The translations under genes were made by a program, and so were the position numbers. The notes beneath the pieces are model-generated. The model was not told the DNA's origin. It ran no database searches and saw only the letters and a program-made list of their open reading frames with translations. A stretch of 63,333 bases of DNA, the filler included, from Octopus bimaculoides (taxonomy: Eukaryota), in assembly GCF_001194135.2 (NCBI RefSeq). It is 7 parts of 6 records of this genome, joined end to end, with 100 filler letters (N's around TTAATTAATTAA, not from the genome) between each part and the next. Parts side by side here need not be neighbours in the genome. Positions count along the whole stretch, not along the records: positions 1 to 3,148 come from NW_026324399.1; positions 3,249 to 21,874 come from NC_068987.1; 5 more parts are not named here. One strand, 5' to 3'. Shown here one piece after another: positions 1 to 14,776 of this stretch; the first letter of the stretch is position 1, and every line of letters starts with the position of its first letter.

Positions 1-74
1 CAACCACCACCACCACCACCACTACAAACAACCACCACCACCACCACAGGTAGTAGTAGTAGTAGTAGTAGTAC

Positions 75-107
<33 letters not shown>

Positions 108-300
108 TACAATCACCGCCACCACCACTACTACTACCACCACCACCACCACCACCAACAGCAGCAACACTGCAATTACTACCACCACCATCACCACTAC
201 TACATCTACTACTACCACTACCACCACCACCACCACCACCACCATTACTAATACTGCTACAACTACCACTACCACTACCACTACCACCACAACCGGTACT
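1..300. repeat. Compound trinucleotide microsatellite (ACC/ACT/GTA)
   Basis: Direct inspection. Confidence 0.95.
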
Positions 301-643
301 GTTATAGCAACTACAACCTTACGATCCATTCTGGAAGACATCTCAATTGGTATATCATGGCTTATGTTGTCATTTGTGTATACTCTCACATACACACACA
401 TATATACACACACACATATACACACACACATGCCCACACATATACTCTCACATACACAGACATATATATATATATATATACACATGTTGAAGCAAACACA
501 CACACACACACACACGCAACATATACATACACACACATATATACACACACATATACACACACATGCCCACACATATATACTCTCACATACACAGACATAT
601 ATATATATATATATACACATATTGAATGTATACATACATGTTG

Positions 644-700
<57 letters not shown>

Positions 701-907
701 ACATATACATACATACAAACATTTTATTCTTTTAGCTGTTTCAGTCATTTGATTGCGGCCATGCTAGAGCATCTCAGGACTTATTTGTAACACTTATTTG
801 TAAATTTGCGAAGATATGAAAGTAGTACTTGTATATAATGTATGGTGAATTTATGGAAAGAAGTCCCATAAAACTTATCAACTTAGTTAAATATGGAGAA
901 TACAAGT

Positions 908-1422
908 TGTCAAAATATATAAAAAAAATATTAATTCATGCAGACGATCGTTTCGTACAGAGATACGAAAATAATGCAAATTCATGATTGAACTGAATTA
1001 GATTAAATTAATTTAATTAATTTAATTATATATATCATTGTACTCTTCAGAGCAGGGAGTATAAATAAAATTACAATGAACTTGAGATAGGATTTAGCAG
1101 AAGAATTGAATCTAGGAGTTTCATATTTTTATCCTTGTGAGAAAGATATGAGTCAAATTAGATATTAACTATAATTTATAGTTAATATCCAACTTGACTT
1201 ACATCTCTTTCTCACAAGGATAAAAATATTCTGCTATATCCTTTCTCAAGTTCATTGTAATTTTGTTTATACTTCCTGCACTGAAGAGTTCAATGACATA
1301 TATAATTTGATTAATTTAATTAATTTAATCTAATTAAATTCAGTCATGAATTTGCATTACTTTTATATCTCTGTACGAAACAATCGTCTGCATGACTTAA
1401 AATTCTCTTATATATTTTAACA
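908..1422. repeat. ~515-bp AT-rich fold-back palindrome (possible MITE/foldback element)
   Basis: Arms pair almost continuously around a centre near 1174 (GATATTAACTATAA/TATAGTTAATATC). CATGCAGACGATCGTTTCGTACAGAGATA on the left mirrors TATCTCTGTACGAAACAATCGTCTGCATG on the right. The left arm has a ~21-nt extra segment. Confidence 0.9.
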
Positions 1423-1498
1423 TCTTCTCTTCGTCATTTTTAACTAAATTGATGAGTTTTATGGGACTTTCTATAAATTCACCACACATCATGCATAT

Positions 1499-1583
<85 letters not shown>

Positions 1584-2492
1584 GTACATATACATATATA
1601 TATATATGTATATATATATGTATATATATATGTATATATACATATATATAAATATATACATGTATGTATATGTATATAGGTCTATATATGTATATATACA
1701 TATATATATAAATATATATATGTATATATATATAGGTATATATATGTATATATACATATATATATGTACATATATATATATGTACATATATATGTATATG
1801 TATATATGTATGTATATATATATACACGATTATATATATATATATATNNNNNNNNNNNNNNNNNNNNNNNNNNNNNNNNNNNNNNNNNNNNNNNNNNNNN
1901 NNNNNNNNNNNNNNNNNNNNNNNNNNNNNNNNNNNNNNNNNNNNNNNNNNNNNNNNNNNNNNNNNNNNNNNNNNNNNNNNNNNNNNNNNNNNNNNNNNNN
2001 NNNNNNNNNNNNNNNNNNNNNNNNNNNNNNNNNNNNNNNNNNNNNNNNNNNNNNNNNNNNNNNNNNNNNNNNNNNNNNNNNNNNNNNNNNNNNNNNNNNN
2101 NNNNNNNNNNNNNNNNNNNNNNNNNNNNNNNNNNNNNNNNNNNNNNNNNNNNNNNNNNNNNNNNNNNNNNNNNNNNNNNNNNNNNNNNNNNNNNNNNNNN
2201 NNNNNNNNNNNNNNNNNNNNNNNNNNNNNNNNNNNNNNNNNNNNNNNNNNNNNNNNNNNNNNNNNNNNNNNNNNNNNNNNNNNNNNNNNNNNNNNNNNNN
2301 NNNNNNNNNNNNNNNNNNNNNNNNNNNNNNNNNNNNNNNNNNNNNNNNNNNNNNNNNNNNNNNNNNNNNNNNNNNNNNNNNNNNNNNNNNNNGGCAGGCA
2401 TCGTGTTCAGGGTACGTTCAGGTATGCGGGTACGTTTAGGCAAAAGGCGTTTGTGTATGTATGTGTGTGTGTGTGTGTGATGTGATGTGTGT

Positions 2493-2532
<40 letters not shown>

Positions 2533-2821
2533 GTGTGAGAGTGGGTATATGTGTCTGTATGTGATTGGGTATGTGTGTGAAAGTCTGAGGGTATACATGT
2601 GTGCGTGTGTGTGTGTGTGTCTATGCTTGTGTGTGTGAGTGAGAGAAAGTGTTCATGGCTGTGTGAAAGTGTGTATGTGTATGTTTGTTTGTGTGTGTTT
2701 ATGTGTGAAAGGGCAAGTGTTAGTGTGTGTATTGGTGAGTGTACATGTGTGAGAGCGTGTGAGTGGAAATATTTATGTGCGTGTGTGTTTTAAGTTTTAT
2801 GTGTATGCGTGTGAACGAATG

Positions 2822-2890
<69 letters not shown>

Positions 2891-3043
2891 ATATATGTGT
2901 TCTATGCGTGTATGTGTATGTAACTGTTCGTGTGTGCGTTTATTGTTGTCTGTGTGTGTATTTGTATAAAGCGTACGTTTGTGTGTGTATGTGTGTGTAC
3001 GCTTGTATGAATGTGTGTATGCTTGCATGTGTACATGAGAATT

Positions 3044-3078
<35 letters not shown>

Positions 3079-3148
3079 ATTTGTGTGTATATGTGTATGT
3101 TTTTATAGCTGTGCATAAATGTGTGTGTGTGTGTGTGGGTGTGTGTTT

Positions 3149-3248
3149 NNNNNNNNNNNNNNNNNNNNNNNNNNNNNNNNNNNNNNNNNNNNTTAATTAA
3201 TTAANNNNNNNNNNNNNNNNNNNNNNNNNNNNNNNNNNNNNNNNNNNN
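3149..3248. other. Artificial assembly spacer (44 N + TTAATTAATTAA + 44 N); the same spacer occurs at 21875-21974, 28119-28218, 51935-52034, 58694-58793 and 61120-61219
   Basis: Six identical 100-nt blocks. The 12-mer places stop codons in all six frames. Confidence 0.97.
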
Positions 3249-3280
<32 letters not shown>

Positions 3281-4120
3281 TATATATGTTCAGACACATG
3301 CACACTCACACACATACACATACAGACACACACATATATATTGCACAGTAAAGCACCAGTTTTGCATTCGCAATTCTGAATAGTGTGGTTGTTAAAGAAG
3401 CTAAGCTCGCCATCTTCTGTTTGGTTTGCGTGTCTATCCTCACCTGTGGTTATGAATGCCTGACAATAGCTAAACATTTACGATCATAAATATAACCCAC
3501 TAAAATTTGACTCCTTCGAACGATCTCTGGAGTAATTTTTTTGTGCATAGTTATTGTAGCTTTTATATCAGATTTTTTTTTTTATGTTTGAACCTGTACA
3601 GCTCTGCACTCAGAAGCCCCACATCCAATCCTACGGTCTTGTGAGTATTATGTCGTAGAAATAAATTCGCAAGAAGTATAATTGAATCCGTGACAGGTGC
3701 CTGAGCAATAGTGTGAGGACTAGATCTTTTTATGATGTCCATACGAACATTTTACAGCGGTTATATATATGATAAAACGGAATAAAATAAAGAAACAGGA
3801 GAAAATTAGAATTGCAAATAAATGTCATTTATGTTGATAGCAGCAGCAGAATATCTTTATTGTGTTCAACACTACCAGTATGTTGTACCACTACGAGGGC
3901 AGCATTAAGGTGAACTGCATTACATAGTGCTATTGTTGCACAACAGAAATAATAATGGTATACCTTTTATTCTTGAACAATCTGCTTGTGGCAAACAACC
4001 AACAAACATGCAAACACACTCACACTCACCACATATACATATATATAAGGTGTACATAGGTACGAATGTATTTATGTGTGCATATATATATATATATATA
4101 TGCACACATAGATACATATA

Positions 4121-4313
4121 CGAGGGAGTGATGGAAATTTCCTGGCTTTGAGTGTATCGCGAAAGGTCTTAGCGGAAACACAACCTTCCACTGAAAATCT
4201 GCTCCAATATGTGTGTGAGTTTGAGAGGGGTATATATTGAATAAAACCATGATTAACTGATCCTCATTTATTTTGTTGTACTCAAAACCAGGAACTTTCC
4301 AACACTCCTATTG
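4121..4313. mobile_element. Tc1/mariner-type MITE
   Basis: TA|CGAGGGAGTGATGGAAATTTCCTGGCTTTGAGT on the left and ACTCAAAACCAGGAACTTTCCAACACTCC on the right form ~29-bp imperfect TIRs. Confidence 0.75.
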
Positions 4314-4704
4314 CATATGTGTGTGTGTGTGTGTGCGTGCCTGTATATTATTGAGTTGTAAAAGATAATCCTTATATCTGTGTATTATTTTATTTACCTC
4401 ATTTATGAAAATAACTGGTGAGCGCATGACATTTCTACATCGATTTAACACTGCAAAAGAAACCAGAAACAGGCTTATACGCACACACCGATAGACAAAT
4501 GGCACTTACTCTTACACTCACCGTCACACACACAACCACACACACAAACACACACACACGCGCACACAATCTACAAATATACACACATAACAAACGACCA
4601 AATATACATTATATAAAATCCCAAACGCCCGAAAGTGCCATATACTACAACACATTAACATGCTTACAGAAACTAACACACGTACGCACAAACAAACACA
4701 CAAA

Positions 4705-4739
<35 letters not shown>

Positions 4740-7235
4740 ATACATTCACACTATTTCAGTAACACAGAATGTCAGTAGACGAAGTTTGGAAACATTGTGA
4801 CAAATATGTAACAACAAAGGTACGCTAAGTTTCAGACTGTAAACGCCAACGAAAGAACTCGGGCAAAACAGGGATTTCAATGATTGATTGATTGATTGGT
4901 TTAAAGCATTCGACAGGTAATCAATTATTCAAATGATTATTTACTTAACTTTTTGTCTGGTATTAGTAAAAAAATAAGTGAAAGAACACTAGTCCGTTTA
5001 TCGGATATATGATAAAATGTCCCGATTACGCACCATTCCATATACACACGACGTCTTCACATCCCACACATGCATACACATACATACATATACATACATA
5101 TACATACATAGATACATAGATACACACATATGCACATACATAGATACATAAATACACACATATGCACATACATACACAGATACATACACATACACACAGA
5201 TACATATATGCATATATGTATGTAGCGACTATTGAAATATGTGGATGTGCATAATTTTATGCATCGCTGCATGACTGAATGGGGACCAAATTTCTATGTA
5301 AAAACAGGGGATTGCGATGAGCAAACAAATGGGTTATGAGCGAAATCATTGTTCCGTACGACACGAGTTTCGGCGTCGTTGTGATTCATCAACTACGGAC
5401 AGAAATATAAGATTTGCAATTGTTTGTGTGTTATGTACGACGAATTTTATGTCCGTAGCTGATGACAGGAAGATAAAATCTCTTCAAAGAGTTTATCGCT
5501 TCTATAATATTTTCATGTGTCTGTTATATAAGAAAACTCAACATATATCGTTGCGGGAGGAATATTGTCGTTGCAGTGATTCACAATAACGAAGACCCGT
5601 TTTAGCGTCAATTGTATACGTGTAATCCGTGCCTAATATTGGAAGATGTAAATGTATATCTACTGGTTGTGTGCTCGCTTTTCAGGCTGTAATAGATATT
5701 TGCGTTGGCATTTGAACAGCTTGTTCAACACCAGCGGCTATTTTATATACCGTGTGTTCCTGCTTTACCTTCATTTATTTATTGAATATATTTGTCGGTA
5801 ACATTTTTAATCAGATGCTTAACGGCGGATGATAAAAAAAACAAACAAAAAAACAAACATTATATGATTCACATGACTCCGCCAGATTGAAATGTTTCAT
5901 GAACATTGCTCGGATAAAAGTCATTAAAATTATAAGTCAATTCATATAAAACAGCTTCCTTCAGATGAAAATTGTTAATACCGTTGTCCCTTAATTTGAT
6001 TTGTAAATTAGGCATTTTATACGCCCTTTTAAGTTCTCAGATTCAGTAACACTCAGCTTGGTATTACCTTTTATACTTTCGAGGTCAATAAACGTATACC
6101 AGCTGAACCCTGCAGTCGATGCAATTGATTTATTTCTCCCCTCGAAATTCCATGCCTCGGGGAGAGAGAAATAAATTAAGATATATATATANNNNNNNNN
6201 NNNNNNNNNNNNNNNNNNNNNNNNNNNNNNNNNNNNNNNNNNNNNNNNNNNNNNNNNNNNNNNNNNNNNNNNNNNNNNNNNNNNNNNNNNNNNNNNNNNN
6301 NNNNNNNNNNNNNNNNNNNNNNNNNNNNNNNNNNNNNNNNNNNNNNNNNNNNNNNNNNNNNNNNNNNNNNNNNNNNNNNNNNNNNNNNNNNNNNNNNNNN
6401 NNNNNNNNNNNNNNNNNNNNNNNNNNNNNNNNNNNNNNNNNNNNNNNNNNNNNNNNNNNNNNNNNNNNNNNNNNNNAGAGAGAGAGAGAGAGAGAGAGAG
6501 AATGATAGAGAGAGAGAGAGAGGGAAAGATAAGCATAGTCACAGATAAACTGCTATATATGCAAATTGAATGAAAGAGGGATCAACATTTTCCATCTAAT
6601 ATTTGTGTTAACAGTGGAACTCAGAATCAATTAATGGTGAGAAATTACTCATCAGCTCTTGATAGGCAGCTACTACATAGGAAGGCTTAAACGCAATGCT
6701 TCCGCCTCAGGATGTAATTGAGAGAATCACTTGTTGATTTGAATCACGTAGGTTTGCGACTTGTCATCAGTTGCCGGCTGCTAAAGGATGCTCGGCGATT
6801 CCTACTACTGTGTGTCATTGTAACCCTGAATCCTGTTACTGGCAGGATCGGAGACTGATGTACTTTGAACAAAGTAATATTTTTCCTGTAAGAAGTACAT
6901 ACAGTATCCTAAATTTGCGATGATGTTTAAAAAATATTAGTAACTTTAAAAATAATTATATTTTAAGAATAAAAACATATACAAATATACCTGGCTTGCA
7001 AACTTCATGAGATATAGTATATTATTATCCCCAAAAACAAAAATCTTTTTGGACTGAAAAGAACTTGATATGCAATTTTGTCGGGAGAGGGGGGATAAAT
7101 GTTGCATTCGAAGTGCACCTTTTGCAGCACACAATGTCACTTTGATTCTGCTAGAAGATTAAATTAAAAAGCACGGGCTCCAAGCATATGCCCATCACGC
7201 TCAATATTTTACTTCAGGTAAAGAAACAATTAGAC

Positions 7236-7523
7236 CAGTGGTTCCCAAAGTTTTTCAGGCTACCACACCTTTGCTTCTACGGCCACATTCCTAGTGCCCC
7301 AAACACCACTCAACATCACAGAGATAGATAATTTTCTGCTGCAAATTCAAAACAGTAGTATTTCACAAATAAAACTTAACCTAATTTAGCCGTTATTTTA
7401 TTTGTTTTTTAATTCCGTTGCCCCATTTTGGTCACCCCCATTATCACACCATTTTCCTTCAGCGACGTTTGGATCTGTCCACCGCCTCCAGGGGTGCAGT
7501 AGCACCCACTTCGGAAACCAGTA
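7236..7523. mobile_element. hAT (Charlie-like) non-autonomous element
   Basis: Begins CAGTGGTTCCCAAAG and ends CTTCGGAAACCAGTA (imperfect TIR). No clean 8-bp TSD. Confidence 0.55.
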
Positions 7524-7640
7524 GACTATAGTCGAAACGGACGAATGGTCAGTGTCTTTTTTATTTTTTAAGTTGTGTAATGTTAATATGTATGACATCG
7601 TTCCTTTTCCACTTAACTGCCATTTTAGAGGGTAACATAA

Positions 7641-8082
7641 ATTCTTTTCTACTCTAGGAATAAGTTCCGAAATGCAGGGGGCAATAGATTAGATTGATGC
7701 CAGTAGGCGACTTGTACTTAATTTATCGACCACGAAAATAAGAAAGACAAAGTCGACCTCGGCCGAATTTGAACTCAGAACTTAAAGAGAAACGAAATAC
7801 CACTAAGTATTTCACCCAGCGTGCAAACGTATCTGCCAGCTCACCTCCTTAAAAGTTAAGAGTGATAATCGTGAATACTCTAGGCGCAAGAACCGAAATT
7901 TTGGGGGAGGGGGCCAGTGGATTAGATCGACTGTCATACGCAACTGGTACGTAATTTATAGACTCCGAAAGGATGAAAGGCACAGTCGACCTCGGGCAGA
8001 ATTTGAACTCAGAAGGTAAACACAGGCGAAATACTTCTAGGAATTTCGCCAGGCGTGCTAACGTTACTGCCAGCTCGCCGCC
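7641..8082 (-). mobile_element. Two head-to-tail copies of tRNA-derived SINE family A (7641-7848 and 7876-8082)
   Basis: Shared GGCGAGCTGGCAG head, GAGTTCAAATTC B-box-like motif and GTCGAC...GTACCAGTTGCG body. Further copies lie near 22640-22830, 27340-27490, 38140-38320, 38895-39095 and 43670-43800. Confidence 0.85.
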
Positions 8083-8419
8083 TTAAAAGGAACATAATTA
8101 CTATTTTCCTTTGTTTACATATTTTATGTTATCGATCAAACTTTTTCTTATTTATTTTAAATATTTTTATGGATATCCTTACCTTGTTTTCGATTCACCG
8201 TTTACTGTATATAATACTTTCGCGGATTGAAGATGAGACAAACAGAAAGTATGATGTTGAATATTAAGTGGACGCTGATACTAATGGCTAGAACAATGCT
8301 GAGGGTGATAAGGAAAACAAGGCAAAGCACAGCACTGATAAAATAATATAATGATCGTAACTATGAGCATTTCAAACAAAAAAATAATAGCGATAATACA
8401 AATGAAAACATGAATGAAA

Positions 8420-9140
<721 letters not shown>

Positions 9141-10400
9141 TTAGATGAGGATGATAATGACGACGAGACGATGTGTGCTATGGTGATGATAATGATTGCG
9201 ATGGGGATTTTGAGATATAGACACGGGAAAAGTCAAAGCGCCCATATTTTGGGTAAGGCCAATACATACAGACGGTGAGTTAATGGATAATCTTCTAGTT
9301 ATTGATGCAAAGGAACACTAAGAAACATGTGTCCTAATCGACGCACTGCGTCTATCGGGCAATAATTTATTTCTGAAAAATAGCTCGAATGCGGGCCATA
9401 TAATCTTAAACAGTCTATATAATAATATGTTTTTTCAGAAGTATAGAAAAGAATGCGCAGGTATACACATAACGGAAAACATTCAAATTACAAACGTGCC
9501 GAAAAATGTGAAAAGAAATAAACGACTGCTACCCTCCACACATATATTATGTAGGACAATTAGAATAAAGAAGAAAAAAAAGTTTCAAAACCAATATAAA
9601 TATTGTATATCCCAAGGTATATGGAGCTGGACTCTATATATCTATAAACATGCCAAATGAATAATAATAACGTGTTAAGAAGAGTCAGAGAAGATAATTT
9701 TATTAAGAAGCTTAAACCTTATCTGAATAGTGGTGGTAGAAAAGAAGAAGAAGAAGACGAAGAAGAAGAAGAAGAAGAAGAAGAAGAAGAAGAAGAAGAA
9801 GAAGAAGAAGAAGAAGAAGAGGAGGAGGAGGAGAAGAAGAGTGGAAAAAAGAATAATAATACTGATTTAAATTAGATTTCACTCAAAAATGTAATAATAT
9901 TCGTGAGTAATTTTTAATATGAAATTTCTTTCTACGGTTAAGAGCATTCAATGTCAACTGTGTTACTACTTCCATCAAACCATTACGATTTAACAGACAA
10001 ATTTGGTCCTTTCACTGCAGTTGTCAAATGTGAAATGCAATATTTGTTTCTTAATGCTACCATTACATAAATATTTACCTGAAGATTGCTAATGACAAAC
10101 AAGACGAGGTTTGGCTACGAAGCTTAAACTATGTGTTCTATGAAGGAATGATGGTAGAGTTTTTAAATCTTGCATGCATTAATTTCACCTCTTCTTATTA
10201 ATAGATGCATTGTTTTAAGCAGTTTGATGAGATTGGAAATGGGAGTTGATTACGCTTACCAGGAAGTGAACTTTTGTTGAAGATTGGGCTGAAGGATTGC
10301 GGTAAGAAATGTCTGGGTATATGACTTGAATGTAAATTATTTCTCATGAGGTTTGTTACGGGGTTTTCTGCTAGTTTCTGTTTGTATGCCTCCGAGGCAT

Positions 10401-11240
10401 CTCCTAGCAAAAACCTCATCTTATAACACTAACAATAAGCGGTGTGATCTTTGTTTAACAGAATGCCTCCAAATATTAATGGCTAAACCGCTTCTACTCA
10501 ATAAGAAATATGAAAATTAATTACTTTTTTGTCTACATATAACCCAATATGTTTTTTCAATGTCTTTTCTAAACCTATATTATAAATAAATAATCACTAT
10601 GCCTAATCCATATTCTACGTTACACTAGGCCTAACCCACATTATAAACCAATAAGTATATACCTATTCTACATCCTACGCTAGCCTATTTATTCCTAAAT
10701 TTTTTTTTAGTCGAGAACCACCAACGCTACTGACACGCAAATTTCACCCTCCCAACCCCGTTTCTCTTTGCACTCTTCAAAACTAAATATTATTACGGCA
10801 AGGAGTCTCCCTACACGCTAGATCGGAACGACGCTCGATTTATACCTTACACTTACATACGGCTCCCTTTATATATACGAATTGACTACAACCTATAACT
10901 TACTGACACTTAGGTCTTTACAACTGCACAGGTTATCCCTTTAGAATTAACTCCCTTACATTACCCCGCCGGGCAAGGCCCGGACTCACAGTCACGTGGA
11001 AGGGACAGGTTCAACTAACTTCTATTCTACTTCCATCTCACAACGGACTTAATGAACAGTGAACCTAACTATAATGTAAGCCATTCGAATCTTTGATCAT
11101 TTTCTTTTCCGAAGTATCCCTCTACCTTTCGGTCTACTCCACCTTTGACTTCTCCGTTCTGATGATGTGTGCCATTGGCAACGAGGCAAAATATATATAT
11201 ATTTTCCTCACCATGGTGCACAGAAACGATTGTAAACTTA
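10401..11240 (+). mobile_element. Penelope-like element relic: C-terminus of the GIY-YIG endonuclease region plus 3'/pLTR-like region
   Basis: From 10401 it translates LLAKTSSYNTNNKRCDLCLTECLQILMAKPLLLNKKYEN*LLFCLH. This matches the PLE C-terminal pattern Y...KRCxLCLxEK...LNK(R)xE...CRH. The region ends in a hammerhead motif. Confidence 0.75.
11156..11237 (+). ncRNA. Candidate type I hammerhead ribozyme with extended stem II
   Basis: GTT-CTGATGA-TGTGTGCCAT...ATGGTGCACA-GAAA-C-GATT-GTA-AAC. Core motifs are present, with a 10-bp stem II (2 G-U), a minimal stem III and a 3-bp stem I. Confidence 0.6.
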
Positions 11241-11355
11241 CTCTCACATATCTTAATTAATTAAATAATGGTTTCCTAGCGCAAAAGACAGATTTCTTAT
11301 TGTTATTTTTCCTCCATTTTCCTATCGTCTCTCCCTCTCTCTCTGTATATATACA

Positions 11356-11396
<41 letters not shown>

Positions 11397-11542
11397 NNNN
11401 NNNNNNNNNNNNNNNNNNNNNNNNNNNNNNNNNNNNNNNNNNNNNNNNNNNNNNNNNNNNNNNNNNNNNNNNNNNNNNNNNNNNNNNNNNNNNNNNNNNN
11501 NNNNNNNNNNNNNNNNNNNNNNNNNNNNNNNNNNNNNNNNNN

Positions 11543-11575
<33 letters not shown>

Positions 11576-13359
11576 CATATACATACATACATACATATGT
11601 GCCATATCTGTTTCACATTAGGCAATTCTTGTTTTATTCTAATTAATCCCGTATATGTATTTATTAATCGTAGTCTGCCTGATTTGAACGTTTTCTATTG
11701 TATCTATTAAACTAGTTTAGTGCCTCGGGTTCGATTTGAGCACTTCTACGCTATGTTTTTCGAATGGAAATTATAATTACACACACACACATATCTACAC
11801 ACGCTGAAGCTCATATATATGTATGCATATATGTAATTATGTATGCATAAGCATAGATTGAAGCAGGTTGAACTAATAATTATAATTGCTAAGTACTCGT
11901 ATTATTCTCATATACTTATGTATACAAATAATATGACCTGTTTTATTGACCTCTGCAAACGCTAATTACAAAATATAATGTTTAATTCAACTCTCGCTAA
12001 TACTAAAAGGGAAATTATCCAATATCTGTGCAAGTTAATAAATAGAACGATAATTCCTATATTCTCGTATTCAGTCGTGTGAATAAAGGCATATCACTAC
12101 ACACATGCAAATAAAGCCACACAGTTTCTCGCTGCAATTTCTCACACACGTATATACGCACACACGTAATATATCTGCATTTGAATATACTCAGTCTATA
12201 ATCCAGTAAATAATTTTATGTTTCATTGCCTTGAATATAATTAAAAATATATTAAATAGTTTCAATGGCGTGATATATGAAACCCGTTGATTCAAGTTAT
12301 ATATTCGTGTGTTATGTGAATATAATTGATGTAGATTGCTTGGGATTTATTTTCACGTCAACAAATTACACTCACCAGCACACATATCAGCACACACCCC
12401 GGCACACACACGCACACACACACACATACACACTCACACACACTCACACATACACTCACACACGCACACACGTAACGACCACCCCTAACAACACCACAAC
12501 AATGACAATAACAAATTATAATACCACATTTTTCATCTGAATTTTCAGTAGTAATCCTAATGCAGCGATAGTAACGTAAAATAGACTTCAATGAATGGAT
12601 TATTTACTAGAAATAGCAGTCAAGTAACCATTCTATCATTTGTGCCTGGTAATAATGAATGATGTTAGAATATGTTACTTGTGGCACATATTTATATGCA
12701 AGTTTTCATAGCTGGGATCAACATTGATCTAGACAGCAATATTCTCCCCATATGAAGTTATCTATCGTCAAAAGAGAATTGAATTATTTATGTGTACGTT
12801 TTAAACATAACGCATATGTGATAATATTGCCCTCCTTAATATACAATATTATTATTAAAGTTACAAACTTGTCATGGTTAGACCATCTCACACGTTCATC
12901 TATAAGACATGAAACACTGCCCCCACCAATATGTTAAAAGGGGTGAAGCAGGGAAACAATTGCCTGTGTTCGATTAAGAGAAGGAGAGATACGGAGAGGA
13001 GCTGATTAATATGGGGAAACTAAGAGAGATAACAATAAAACTTTATTGGAATTCTTTATTGATTTTTCTAAAAAGTAAATATTTGAAATATTTAATTTTC
13101 CTCCACTAGTGAGACATTAAAATGGAATAGTTATTGCCGATTAGATCTATGTCAGCCTCAATAAATATGCATCTATGTATGTATATATATATATATATAT
13201 ATATATGTTTGAGTGCGTGTGTGTATGTGTGTGTGTGTGTGTGCGTGTGTGTGTAATATAAATATGTATACATTTACATGCATAATATACGCATGTACGT
13301 AAGAATATATATATATTTGAATATATGATTGTGTGTTTCCGTGTGTGAATGTGTGTGTA

Positions 13360-13424
<65 letters not shown>

Positions 13425-13789
13425 CAAGAAAGCAAGAAGGAAAGAAGAAAGGAAGCAAGAAAAAAGGAAAGAACGAACGAAAGAGAGAGCGACTGAAAAA
13501 TAAAAAGGGAGATAAAGAGAAATTCACGTGGCCAAGTGGATAGAATATTGGTGTTATGATAAATATACAAAAATATATTTCATGCAATGAAAATACGAGG
13601 CCTTCTGGGATTTTCGCTGGTGATATTTGGCAACATGTTTCTCCATGTTATATCATTAATTTGATAAAGCTTGTTGTCCAATCGCTGATGAACAGTTTCT
13701 TTTTTATTTACGTATATAACATATACTTATTATTTGCTTTTTCTTTATTTTGTAGCTCTGGTCTTGAGAGATGGAAAAAAAATTGTTTC

Positions 13790-14070
13790 CGTCTGTAGAG
13801 GAAAAATACGAAAGCAGCGGCGAAAGACATTAATGATGTGGAAGACCCAGGAAATGTTTGCGATAGTGTAGCATGAAATTGGTTCGGACCGTTAACGGAA
13901 GCTGACAGAAGACTCGAAGACTAACGAAGGTCAGCGAGACCTTCCGTTGCGGAAGATTAGGCTCTGCTTGAAATGGTTGAATAACCGGCAAGTACAAGCA
14001 CTCGTACATGGTCGGCAGAACTTGCTCCTTCATAAATCACCATCAATCGACACATCCATAATCTCAGCCA
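13790..14070 (+). mobile_element. Mariner transposase N-terminal (HTH) relic
   Basis: Translates KNTKAAAKDINDV...A*NWF...LED*RRSARPSVAED*ALLEMVE...STSTR..SAELAPS*ITINRHIHNL, with multiple stops and a frameshift. Confidence 0.8.
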
Positions 14071-14776
14071 AGAGGATACAGTTGGGATACCCAAATATTG
14101 CAAGTTTTCTTGCCTGCACTGCGGTTGGAGTTTACTTCTGGAGAAGTCAAGTTCCTATGGTCCTCTTCGGTGTTTCTATCTGCGTTAAAATGTAGTCTAT
14201 AAGTGCCGTGTTATAACACCAGTCTCCCACCAAGGAAGAGTCCATATCAGTGGCACAGTTGATTTGAAGTACCGCTACACAGCATAAATGAACACTTTCT
14301 CCGAATCAAATTCGAAATTATCTACAACCAAACAACTTACATACACAACTTCAAATCTCAAAATATTCCCTATAATCAATCATGGACCATGAAAATGAAG
14401 CTCCTCATAGAACTCAAACAACATTGTAAATTATGTTTAAGGGAATCATTGAACTTATTTCACCACGAAAGCTCATCATTATTTAATAAATTCTTAGATG
14501 TAATACTATCTTGTAAACATGGATATTAGTCACCATTCACTCATTTTATTAAGTCGATTATTTCCATGACTATACCTACCTTTATTTATAATTTACCTTG
14601 AGGAACGACAAGGTCAGCCTAGCAACTTACCACCTCAGCTAATACCATCCTTCTTATTAAACGTTTTCTTCTCATTGTTTCCGTTGCGAATTCCTTTAAC
14701 CCACCATATTCCACCTCATTAATAGTGTCTCCATCCTCTCTTTCCCTCCTATTCAACCGTTCTACAATATTCGTAA

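Noticed and set aside
3193-3204. TTAATTAATTAA as a biological motif or CRISPR-like repeat
   Set aside because: It is always centred in 44+44 Ns, so it is an assembly spacer. No CRISPR array exists in the window.
3602-3640. 39-nt plus-strand exon candidate (ctgtacag|...|gtgagt)
   Set aside because: Splice signals are good but all frames are open and no homology or partner exons were recognised. Unsupported without RNA data.
5317-5589. Mariner N-terminus (HEFRRRCDSSTTDRNI)
   Set aside because: The resemblance is limited to a few residues and no TIR was found.
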